A stretch of 64,000 nucleotides of DNA from an uncultured virus (IMG/VR IMGVR_UViG_3300029309_000012) (taxonomy: Duplodnaviria; Heunggongvirae; Uroviricota; Caudoviricetes). Both the position numbers and the translations under genes were made by a program. The notes beneath the pieces are model-generated. The model searched no databases, was not told where the DNA came from, and saw nothing but the letters and a program-made list of their open reading frames with translations. The stretch is from IMG/VR virus record IMGVR_UViG_3300029309_000012. The stretch is one strand, 5' to 3'. Below are positions 8,915 through 17,211 of the stretch, one piece after another; position 1 is the stretch's first letter, and every line of letters starts with the position of its first letter.

Positions 8915-9889
8915 TTAGTCTAAGCTAACAACGGCGCGGACGATAGCTTCCGGACGGAGAACTTTCCGACCAAAGACATGGAGACCGCGAACGATGTCGC
9001 TGAAGGTTTCAGTCGAACGGACAACCTCAGTCTTCGCAATGTGCGAAGCGGTAGCCGTGGAGGACATATGACCGCCGAGAAGAACATTCTCGGAGCCGTC
9101 CGTAGCGAGGCCAGTCAGCGTTACCTGATCCGTGCCGCCGTTCGATACGAGGGCGGTGGACTTGTAGCACTGGAAGCCAGCGATGTTGCCCAGCGACACA
9201 AGACCGTTACGCAGCGGGGAAGTCGCATCGCCCGTAACTTGGACTTCTGCGAACTTCGCACCGGCTGAGAAGAGGTGCTTGTAGAACGATGGAGGTGCGA
9301 CGAACCAGCGGTTCTCTTCCGGAACAGACTGGTTGTCAAGAGACTCTGCCATCTTGAGCATGGTGTTGACGGCAGTGTCGCCCGGAGTGGTTGCACCGCC
9401 GATATCCAGAGCGGAACCGAGAGTACCGATTCCAGAAATCTGTGCAGTGGTCGCACCCGACTCACCAGTGAGACCGGCGTCAGTTGCCATGATGTCAAGG
9501 ATGTTAGCATCGTATCTGCGCTTCAAAGCAAACGCACCAGAAGAGGTGGAGAGTGCTTCGAAGTTGATGTGCGACTGACGCTCTTCGATGTCGTCAATCT
9601 TAAACGAGAAAGCATTTGCTTGATCGACTACCATAGTAATCTGATCGTCAGCAAGGTCTTGCGCGTTGATAACCGAGCCGCGACTATACGAGGACACGGT
9701 AATTACCGGTTCCTTGATAATGCGGACGGTGTCGCCAAAGTTCTCAATTTCGCCAGCGTAGTCGGTATTCGTAATGTCTTCTACAACCGAAGCGCGACGG
9801 AAGAATTTGAGAACCTTTTGGCTAAAGATTTCCGGCGTAAAGTTGCCGGAAGGCAGGTTACCATAACCTGCGGAGGTACCAAAAGCCAT
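8915..9889 (-). CDS. Major capsid protein (phage 1)
   Basis: 324 aa, GYGNLPSGNF.PEIFS, ITNTDYAGEI, GDTVRII, DIVRGLHVFGRKVLRPEA; recalled as HMO-2011/HTVC023P-type. Confidence 0.9.
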   Translation of the reverse strand: MAFGTSAGYGNLPSGNFTPEIFSQKVLKFFRRASVVEDITNTDYAGEIENFGDTVRIIKEPVITVSSYSRGSVINAQDLADDQITMVVDQANAFSFKIDDIEERQSHINFEALSTSSGAFALKRRYDANILDIMATDAGLTGESGATTAQISGIGTLGSALDIGGATTPGDTAVNTMLKMAESLDNQSVPEENRWFVAPPSFYKHLFSAGAKFAEVQVTGDATSPLRNGLVSLGNIAGFQCYKSTALVSNGGTDQVTLTGLATDGSENVLLGGHMSSTATASHIAKTEVVRSTETFSDIVRGLHVFGRKVLRPEAIVRAVVSLD

Positions 9890-9911
9890 TGGTTTACCCT
9901 TCCTTTGAGGT

Positions 9912-10790
9912 TTAAGAGTTGAAGTCTATTCGGCCTTCCATGCGTGCCGCGTCGAGTTCTGCTTCGTGTTTTTCGAACTCCCACGGCTTCATCTTGCCGA
10001 TGTCAGAAGCCTTCCAAATCCTGTCTCCGCCTTTTTCGGTCTTTACTTCACGGGCTGGTGGCCTCGTGACTGCCTCTGCAGCAGAAGAACTAAATTTAGT
10101 CCGCTTCTTTGTTTGGCCTGTGTCGGCCTTGTACAAGTCCACTATGCGTGCCGCCCAACGAGCATCCGTGTTGTTTTTGTAGATGCCGTCAGAGATTGAT
10201 TCGGGCTGCTCTTGTAGCCACTCTAGGAACTTATCTTCGGACTTGAGCGTATCGAAATCGGGCTGTAAACGTAATAGCTCTTCATAAGCCTTTTGTTTTT
10301 CCAGTTCTTTTTCCCGTTCCTTGATAGTGCCCAACTCTTCACGGAGTTCCGAAAGTTGCGACTCTGCCTGAATCGATGATACGGTTTGAACCACATCGAA
10401 CACTTCTGGGTATTGTTCTTTGAATGCTTGCAGTTCCTCGATTGTCTTCGGTGCTTGTACACCAGTAGGCATGTCCACTTCGCGTGAATCTATCGCCTCT
10501 CGTAGGGTTGTGATTTCCTGCTTGAATTCGTTGACCTTACTGTCGTAGTGTTTTTTGAGGTCGTCGTATCGCTTTTTGTAGTCGTGTTCCTCTTCTTTAG
10601 ACTCGACGAAGCTACTGCTCTGCGGAGTGGCCGTCTCTTCGGGGTCCGCTTCGGCTTGGGCTTCTACCTCTTCTTCGTCGTCTTTGTGAACATCCTCACG
10701 GTACTGACCGCGATACAGGGACTCGCTGTTGACTACACCGAACGAGTCATTCGGCTTGTTGGCACGGTGGCCGCGTACTTTCTTTGCCAT
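9912..10790 (-). CDS. Scaffolding protein
   Basis: Acidic coiled coil with YKKRYDDLKKHYD, upstream of the capsid gene; start MAKKVRG at 10790 after GAGGT. Confidence 0.8.
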   Translation of the reverse strand: MAKKVRGHRANKPNDSFGVVNSESLYRGQYREDVHKDDEEEVEAQAEADPEETATPQSSSFVESKEEEHDYKKRYDDLKKHYDSKVNEFKQEITTLREAIDSREVDMPTGVQAPKTIEELQAFKEQYPEVFDVVQTVSSIQAESQLSELREELGTIKEREKELEKQKAYEELLRLQPDFDTLKSEDKFLEWLQEQPESISDGIYKNNTDARWAARIVDLYKADTGQTKKRTKFSSSAAEAVTRPPAREVKTEKGGDRIWKASDIGKMKPWEFEKHEAELDAARMEGRIDFNS

Positions 10791-10805
10791 TTTACTTACC
10801 TCACT

Positions 10806-10875
10806 AGCGGGGCCACTTTGGCGTGTGGGTGGCCGCTCCGGTTGTGTCAGGGCCGCGAACACGCGGGTAGCTGAC
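10806..10875 (-). promoter_or_regulatory. Tandem RNA hairpins with matching internal loops in the scaffold 5' leader
   Basis: GTCAG-CTAC-CCGCG-TGTT-CGCGG-CC-CTGAC and AGCGG-CCAC-CCAC-ACGCCAAA-GTGG-CC-CCGCT, immediately before the SD. Confidence 0.65.
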
Positions 10876-13199
10876 TAATTATTTACGAACCCTTCCGGGG
10901 CCGCATCGAGGGCATAATAGTCGTGCCCTCCAAAACTTGTAAAATATCTCATTTTAGGATTGTCTTCGAAATCTTTCGCTAAAGGAGCGTCAGGTTTCGT
11001 ATAAAACATTATGTCAGATGGAAGAGGTCGTTGACCCTCTGTTTCAGGATTCATTAAGTTTTCCGCTGCTGTGAACAGCTTGCTGACTGCATTAGGAACC
11101 CGGCCTTGAACAACCTCTCGTAAACGAGGTGTAATTTTTTTCGGCTCTAGTCCGTCGTACTGAAACATACGACTTCCAGTGCCTCGTGATGATCTTTGCT
11201 TCATTACAGATGCTAAATCGTTCACATTTTTAAAACTTGGACGATTAGTGTTTGCTCTATTAACAGCGGTTTGCATAACACCTGTCATAGACTCTACTGA
11301 GTCTGTAGATGCGGTCGTTTCAACTAAACCTAAAACAAACAGCCTTCCTCTATCATCCAAACTATCTATTAAGTTTTCAACATCCCCGCGTTGTCTTTTA
11401 CTTTTTAGGAACGTCTTAAAAACTTTACGAGTGCTGTCATCGATGGGTATGGACTGATCGAAAGGAATGTCTTCCCCTACGTCACCCCCGTCTGCGAACT
11501 TTTTTCCGTCGAGGAATCCACCCCCCGCTTTTTTCTGCCGACTCGCGACTTCTTTCTTACCACGGTTGTTAATTTTGCGGAGGCGGTCGTAGCCGATGAT
11601 TTTGGCTAACTCAGGAGGTACGACAACTTCGCCCTTCGAAAGAGCAACGTCTACTGTCCCTTCATATAGTTTACGATCTACACGGCCAATGTCAAGTCCT
11701 TTTTGTACAGCCACTTCGTAGGCTTTCATCAACATCTTTCGTATGTCTTCGCTACCGGCGATTTCTACGGCTGCTGCGTTGATGATAAATGTGTCCGGTG
11801 TGACCTTGCCGTTTTGATCGTCGGCTACGGTTTCACGCTCTGTAAAGTTCTCGGGTGGCCCCTCGACGAAACCGGGTTCGAAGGTGCCTTGAGGTGTGTC
11901 ACCCTCTGCCATACCGACGCGACCGCCTCTGCGGAATCCGAAGTCAGTAACGCCCTCATAGCTTGCCGCGTAATCATCAGCAAAGTCACTCATGCTGTAT
12001 TCTGTTGGGGATGTTTCTTGAGGATCACCCTCGTCCCTAAGACGATCCATCATACGATCTCGCGCGGCTTGACCTCTTTCAAATGCGGCATCTCTTTCTG
12101 CTTCTCGTATACGATTCGCTTCGCTGCGTGATTCAGTTACGGACGGCACGAAGTCATCCGGTTGCGATGTATCTACTTTAGTAGTCGGCGTGATGCCGTA
12201 CTTGTCTTTGAGAAAGTCAACTGCCGTACCCCGACGCCTGTCGAGTGCAGACGCATTTTGACCCGGACTTAAATTGCTCGTTTTGTGAAAGAAACCACCA
12301 TACGAGGAGTCGGTTTTCATAACGCCATCAACGTGCTGCTTGTAAGCTACGGCAGCATTTACAAAGTTCACGCCCTTGAGACCTGAGATATCCACTTCAG
12401 CCTGTCGCGCCATGCTACGAAACTCTTTTTCACGGAGAGCTTGTGCCTGAGATGCGGAAACCATCATGTGACCCGAATCATCGCGCTGTCCCGTATGCAC
12501 GGTACCAAACGCGTCCATGATTGCGCCCTCGATACTCGTAACACCGGAGAGTCCTGATGAACCGGGCATACCTTGCGGACCCGCACCCCTGCGTATAGAC
12601 GTGTTTTCTATCATCGTGCCCGGGATGAAACCTTTGCGTATTTCATCTGTGCGATACATATCACTCTGACTGAGGCCACCCAAGTTACCAGTAAAGATTT
12701 TACTACCCGGTGCGCGACTAACAGTCTGACCTTGAAACTTGAACATCGAACCCGCGTTGCCGCCGTACGAAGCGATTGACTCGGCGTTCTTGCGATGTTG
12801 TTTTCGTGCAAGTTGCCCAGCGCCGTACGCTAGAGCAGAGATAGGAAGTCCTGTAGCTACAGTGGCTACAGTACCGGGTACTCCTGCAGCCTGTTCGAGG
12901 TACCGACTAAATCCCTTGCCGTTCAAGTCGCTTTTCTCTTGAGTGTCAAAGTTACGAATGTACTCGTACGGGTCTTCCGTAGAGATTTGCTGGCCCGTAC
13001 CTACGATAGGAATCTGACCGAATACGTTTGCTACTTGTTCGTCACGTTGACCGACGGGTGTGAGGATGTTTGGACGTACTGGTTCGTCATCTTTTTCTTC
13101 ATCATCTACTTCAGGTGCCGCTTCTACACCGATGCCGGGAAAAGAGTAGTAATCGACAAATTGTTGTTGATATTGTTCAGGAGTTAGCGTTTTAGACAT
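10875..13199 (-). CDS. Virion protein with a C-terminal SleB/Hydrolase_2-like cell-wall hydrolase
   Basis: 774 aa; C-terminal E...GVMQTAVNR...Q...FQY...FY...FGGHDYY pattern resembles SleB; FRRGG and FADGG motifs. Confidence 0.6.
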   Translation of the reverse strand: MSKTLTPEQYQQQFVDYYSFPGIGVEAAPEVDDEEKDDEPVRPNILTPVGQRDEQVANVFGQIPIVGTGQQISTEDPYEYIRNFDTQEKSDLNGKGFSRYLEQAAGVPGTVATVATGLPISALAYGAGQLARKQHRKNAESIASYGGNAGSMFKFQGQTVSRAPGSKIFTGNLGGLSQSDMYRTDEIRKGFIPGTMIENTSIRRGAGPQGMPGSSGLSGVTSIEGAIMDAFGTVHTGQRDDSGHMMVSASQAQALREKEFRSMARQAEVDISGLKGVNFVNAAVAYKQHVDGVMKTDSSYGGFFHKTSNLSPGQNASALDRRRGTAVDFLKDKYGITPTTKVDTSQPDDFVPSVTESRSEANRIREAERDAAFERGQAARDRMMDRLRDEGDPQETSPTEYSMSDFADDYAASYEGVTDFGFRRGGRVGMAEGDTPQGTFEPGFVEGPPENFTERETVADDQNGKVTPDTFIINAAAVEIAGSEDIRKMLMKAYEVAVQKGLDIGRVDRKLYEGTVDVALSKGEVVVPPELAKIIGYDRLRKINNRGKKEVASRQKKAGGGFLDGKKFADGGDVGEDIPFDQSIPIDDSTRKVFKTFLKSKRQRGDVENLIDSLDDRGRLFVLGLVETTASTDSVESMTGVMQTAVNRANTNRPSFKNVNDLASVMKQRSSRGTGSRMFQYDGLEPKKITPRLREVVQGRVPNAVSKLFTAAENLMNPETEGQRPLPSDIMFYTKPDAPLAKDFEDNPKMRYFTSFGGHDYYALDAAPEGFVNN

Positions 13200-13416
13200 C
13201 GTTTCTCACCACCGCTTCGTAATTACTCTTCAACTTGAGGAGCATTTCCAGTAAAGCCAGCTTCCCCTGCGTCTGGCGCAACTCCGACTCCGATTGTGCC
13301 ATCACCACGGCCTGAATCGTCACTTCCCGGAGGTCCGCTAGGTACTCCTCCATTTGGGGCCATTCCGGGCTGTTGAGGAGCGCCGCCAGCTTCCGCGCTT
13401 GCTGCTTGTTGAGCAT
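13192..13416 (-). CDS. Small head-module protein overprinted on the portal 3' end
   Basis: 74 aa amphipathic helical protein (QGKLALLE), AGGGA RBS, stop overlaps the next gene's start. Confidence 0.6.
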   Translation of the reverse strand: MLNKQQARKLAALLNSPEWPQMEEYLADLREVTIQAVVMAQSESELRQTQGKLALLEMLLKLKSNYEAVVRNDV

Positions 13417-15337
13417 TCTGCATCATCCCTTGTAACATCTGTGCGTAGAGTTGTGCTTCGTTTACGTCGTTGACGAGGCTGTCCGGATCGATGTCCTGTG
13501 CGATTGCCAACTCTCGCATGAGGTTCGGCAGCTTCACAAACGGCGCAAGCATCGGATTAGCTATCGTCTGCAGTAACGAGGTGAGACGCTGGGTGCGTAC
13601 CTCTTTCTGCATAACTGCCGCTACGCCGCGTGGCTTAATCTCCAAGTCACCCTCGATGTCCTCCGATTCCATGTTGAACTGCATGTTCCACTGAAAGTAC
13701 GCTTCACCGAGTGGCTTGAGAAGATGATCGTCGATGTTCTTGATGACCGTCTTCATCGACAAACCCGCACTGCCCATCAGCATAGACAGTCCTGCTGCTG
13801 TGCGTCCGGTGCCGGTGACCCCTGTCTGACCGTGCATGATCGATGGTATGCCTGTCTCCTCGTCAGCAAGCTGGCGAGATATCTGATACATCTGTATGTT
13901 CTCGGGAGCAGTGTTCGGGAACTTAAGGCCGTTAATGGCCGTGCCCGTAACACCTGACTGACGACGGAATATCTTGCCGGGGAAGATGTCCATGTTCTGT
14001 CCCGGCACGAGGGATGCCTCGTCGACATCGAAGACGAGGTTGCCAGCGAGGGCGAGGTTGTCGATAGCCATACGAACGTGACCGTTCATAAGTAGTTGGG
14101 CATCTTCCATATTCTCTGCGACACCAACACCCCAAATCTGATAGGGATTGATCTCGAACGGAAACGCTTGATAGGGTATCCGCGCAGGAGTGAAAGGGTT
14201 GACTACGCAACGCAAGACTTCGTTGCCACACACCCACACGTTGACCTGTAGCTGGTCGAACTCCGACATGTTTTTAGCTTCCTCTAAGCCTACTTCGTCA
14301 GCGAAGTAAGCATCGAGGACGCCCCAATACTCAAGGACTTCGAAACGATTCTCTTGATAGTACGCTTCGGTTTCGTCCTCTCGGATCGTGTCTTCGTAAT
14401 ATTTGTCAGAATAGTTCGGCCCCTTCGCAAGGACATTTTGAATCGCTGTAGCGTCGAAGTGTGGCCGCATGATGAGACTACGTAGCTGTTGTCTATTCAT
14501 GCGGTGACGCTCGATGACGTACTCGCAATCCTCTATCGACGTAGCTGACGGGTCAGGGTGGAAATCCCAAAGCGAGACGGCCTCGATACGAGGCACAGTC
14601 TTCTCGTAGGGCATGTAGTCGCGCTCACCATCTTCACCGCGCTGCCACTTGTGGACACGCTTGAAGAAATTGAACGGCCCCTTGACGATGCCCGTGCCCA
14701 AGAGTGCGGACTCGAATATCGCTTTGCGGAATACGTTGACCGCATTCGTGTCGAGGAGTTGATCGTGGATCAGCTTCTCCATCCGACGGGCCTGTTCCTT
14801 TGCCGGTTCGAACTGTGGTTCACCGACTTTCGCTTTGCCCGGAACGAGCATATCCCCGAACTCTTTTCCGTACGATCCCAAGACGTGGGAGTCGGACGCC
14901 ATCAAACCTCCCGGAGCTATCATACGTCCATCACCGGGGAATCCGTACGGATCGCTGGGTTTGATTTCATCGACAGGCGTCCGCGCATGTGCGAACTCTG
15001 CGATGCCTTCCGGTACGGGAGTCGACTCGACAACCAGTGGAAACTTTTTGTTCGCAAACAGGATGTCGACGATCTGTCCGTACGCCGCAAGAACTTTCGT
15101 CTTTGTTATTTTTATGAATACCTTCGACCTTTCTGAGTCGCGGTATTGCGTTGTCGAATCGTAGATTCCTCGAAAGTTTTTGTACGCCTTAAGCCAACGC
15201 TGCTCGTACGAATATCTGCCGTTCTCTGCGTCTTTAAATTTAGACGTGACGTACCCGGCAAGGCCGGGCATCTGTTCTTCAGGGGACGGAATAGGTACTG
15301 CCGTGTCGTCTTGCGGCTCTAGGAAGTTTTCGGACAT
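13223..15337 (-). CDS. Portal protein (phage 1)
   Basis: 704 aa, KITKTKVLAAYGQI, FHPDPSA, FEVLEYWG, WGVGVAENM motifs; between terminase and scaffold. Confidence 0.9.
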   Translation of the reverse strand: MSENFLEPQDDTAVPIPSPEEQMPGLAGYVTSKFKDAENGRYSYEQRWLKAYKNFRGIYDSTTQYRDSERSKVFIKITKTKVLAAYGQIVDILFANKKFPLVVESTPVPEGIAEFAHARTPVDEIKPSDPYGFPGDGRMIAPGGLMASDSHVLGSYGKEFGDMLVPGKAKVGEPQFEPAKEQARRMEKLIHDQLLDTNAVNVFRKAIFESALLGTGIVKGPFNFFKRVHKWQRGEDGERDYMPYEKTVPRIEAVSLWDFHPDPSATSIEDCEYVIERHRMNRQQLRSLIMRPHFDATAIQNVLAKGPNYSDKYYEDTIREDETEAYYQENRFEVLEYWGVLDAYFADEVGLEEAKNMSEFDQLQVNVWVCGNEVLRCVVNPFTPARIPYQAFPFEINPYQIWGVGVAENMEDAQLLMNGHVRMAIDNLALAGNLVFDVDEASLVPGQNMDIFPGKIFRRQSGVTGTAINGLKFPNTAPENIQMYQISRQLADEETGIPSIMHGQTGVTGTGRTAAGLSMLMGSAGLSMKTVIKNIDDHLLKPLGEAYFQWNMQFNMESEDIEGDLEIKPRGVAAVMQKEVRTQRLTSLLQTIANPMLAPFVKLPNLMRELAIAQDIDPDSLVNDVNEAQLYAQMLQGMMQNAQQAASAEAGGAPQQPGMAPNGGVPSGPPGSDDSGRGDGTIGVGVAPDAGEAGFTGNAPQVEE

Positions 15338-15346
15338 GATAATCCT

Positions 15347-15583
15347 TTAGTCGTTGCCTTGTGGGCGGTCATCAGCCATGCTGAACAGAGAAGCCTCTAC
15401 AGTCGGCTTAGTCTGTTGCTTGGGCATGTCTTCAGTGAGGACATCGGTCTTCGCGCGAGTGTCGAATTCGAGACCCTCACGATAGAGCTTGTCCGCGCCC
15501 ATCTGATCGTCGATGGTTGTTGCATCGGCGTTCATGATGTACGCTTCACCAAAGTTGTAATTACCCGTGGTCTGGTTTGCCAT
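15347..15583 (-). CDS. Hypothetical acidic protein
   Basis: 78 aa with GGAGG RBS. Confidence 0.7.
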   Translation of the reverse strand: MANQTTGNYNFGEAYIMNADATTIDDQMGADKLYREGLEFDTRAKTDVLTEDMPKQQTKPTVEASLFSMADDRPQGND

Positions 15584-15594
15584 TTTTTCCTCCG

Positions 15595-17208
15595 TTAGGG
15601 TTGTTTTACTTTAGTATCTAAGAAACTTTCACGCGGAGCGTCTTTCATAGGATACATTGCAAACTCTGGTTTGATATATCCCAGAGCATCTGTTTGAGGG
15701 GCAACGTCTGTTCGCGGACCAAGACCTGATCCACCGGGAGTCGTAGCCCTCTGATCTTCACGAAACTCTCTATCACTGAATGCCATTCCGGGAGGTGCTA
15801 TTAGCTCTGACGCTCCTGCTGCAACACCCTTCATGCCAGCTACAAAGGGAGTGTCTCCCTGCCCTTCTGCTTTTCTGGAAGCTATGATTGCGCTTGATCC
15901 TACAGCGACAGGCAGTAGTCCTTTTAATATCTTGCCGCCTTTATCGGTTATCTTCGAGTAATCTATATTGAAACCTGCACTCTTGAGAGCGGCCTTTGTG
16001 TTGTCATCGAAGTCAGCAGGCGTGGTCGGTAGAGGCGCATCTGCTTCCGGGGCTACCTTAACAGGTGCTTCTTGTGCAGGAAGTTCAAAATATCCTTCAA
16101 ATCCGGGAGTTTGAGTAGTGATTCTTTCTGTTGGCATCGGGATGCGTTCCCCGATATCGAAACCTGCCTCCGTTGCAGCGTTTGCCCAGAAACTTGCAAA
16201 CATATTTGCGTTTGCCCTGTCAACCTCTCCGACCGCACCGGGAAAGGCTTGCTGGTACGTTGTCAGTTCCCCCGTGCTGCTTTTACCTGCCGACTTGAGG
16301 CTACGGCCTTGAAGGTAAGCGAGGCGGTCCTGATCTATACCAATCGACTGTCCGACTGTAGCGTGAACATTCCGAAGAAGTTGCGAACCCTTCTTACCAG
16401 TGAAACCTTCAGGCGCGAGAGTATCGAAATAACGATTTGTCGCTCTATCAAATGCGATATCTTTAACCTTGACCGTCTTTAGAAGGTCAGTCATGTCTTG
16501 TGAGGTTACGGGCTTCCCGTTAGCCTTGACAAAGAAAAATTCTTTACTGCCAGTAGTCAGGTTTTGTTGCAGGATGCTATCTGCAACTGGATTTAAAGGG
16601 ATATTGACAGCGCGTCCCTTTGCACCCTTCGCTTCTGATTCGATGTAGATAGCACCGCTGTCAGGCTTGTAAGATGTTACTTTGAGACCTGCCGCAGCGT
16701 TAGGACGTAAGCCTGTGTTTAAATTAAAAATAATTGCTTGTGCGATAGGACGAGTCTTCGGGTCGTCGAGATACTTTGCAACACCCGCGAACAACTGGCT
16801 CATCTTGGCCTTATCCGGGTTGATTGCAACTTCAGATACTGCCTTTGCAGGTTCGGAGCGTCCGAAGATTCGATTGTTGAGGTCCGTGTTCGGAGCCTTG
16901 TCCGGAAGGAGCTTATACTCTGGAGTGTCCGGACCATACAGACCCTTGAGCGTCAGGCCGACCTGCCGCAAATTTTGCATGGCAGTCTTAACGGTTGACG
17001 TGTCTTCACTATTCTTAAACGTACGAGAGAGAAGAGTGATTCCGTCCGCATCCTTTTCGAAAAGACGCATAGCAGAGCCGGGTTGATCAGCGATGTCTTT
17101 GAAGAACTGTACGGAGGATGTGACGAAAGCGTCCCCTCGCTTGTTCTTTGTAGCGTATGCCTGTGCGACCTCGCGTATTGTAGCTGTTTTTGGATCGAGT
17201 TCTGCCAT
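15595..17208 (-). CDS. Tyrosine recombinase with atypical active site and C-terminal extension
   Basis: NTGLRP (Arg I), AKGAKG (Lys), SQLLRNVH (Arg II), YLQGR, TTY (Tyr). Confidence 0.75.
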   Translation of the reverse strand: MAELDPKTATIREVAQAYATKNKRGDAFVTSSVQFFKDIADQPGSAMRLFEKDADGITLLSRTFKNSEDTSTVKTAMQNLRQVGLTLKGLYGPDTPEYKLLPDKAPNTDLNNRIFGRSEPAKAVSEVAINPDKAKMSQLFAGVAKYLDDPKTRPIAQAIIFNLNTGLRPNAAAGLKVTSYKPDSGAIYIESEAKGAKGRAVNIPLNPVADSILQQNLTTGSKEFFFVKANGKPVTSQDMTDLLKTVKVKDIAFDRATNRYFDTLAPEGFTGKKGSQLLRNVHATVGQSIGIDQDRLAYLQGRSLKSAGKSSTGELTTYQQAFPGAVGEVDRANANMFASFWANAATEAGFDIGERIPMPTERITTQTPGFEGYFELPAQEAPVKVAPEADAPLPTTPADFDDNTKAALKSAGFNIDYSKITDKGGKILKGLLPVAVGSSAIIASRKAEGQGDTPFVAGMKGVAAGASELIAPPGMAFSDREFREDQRATTPGGSGLGPRTDVAPQTDALGYIKPEFAMYPMKDAPRESFLDTKVKQP

Positions 17209-17211
17209 CGA

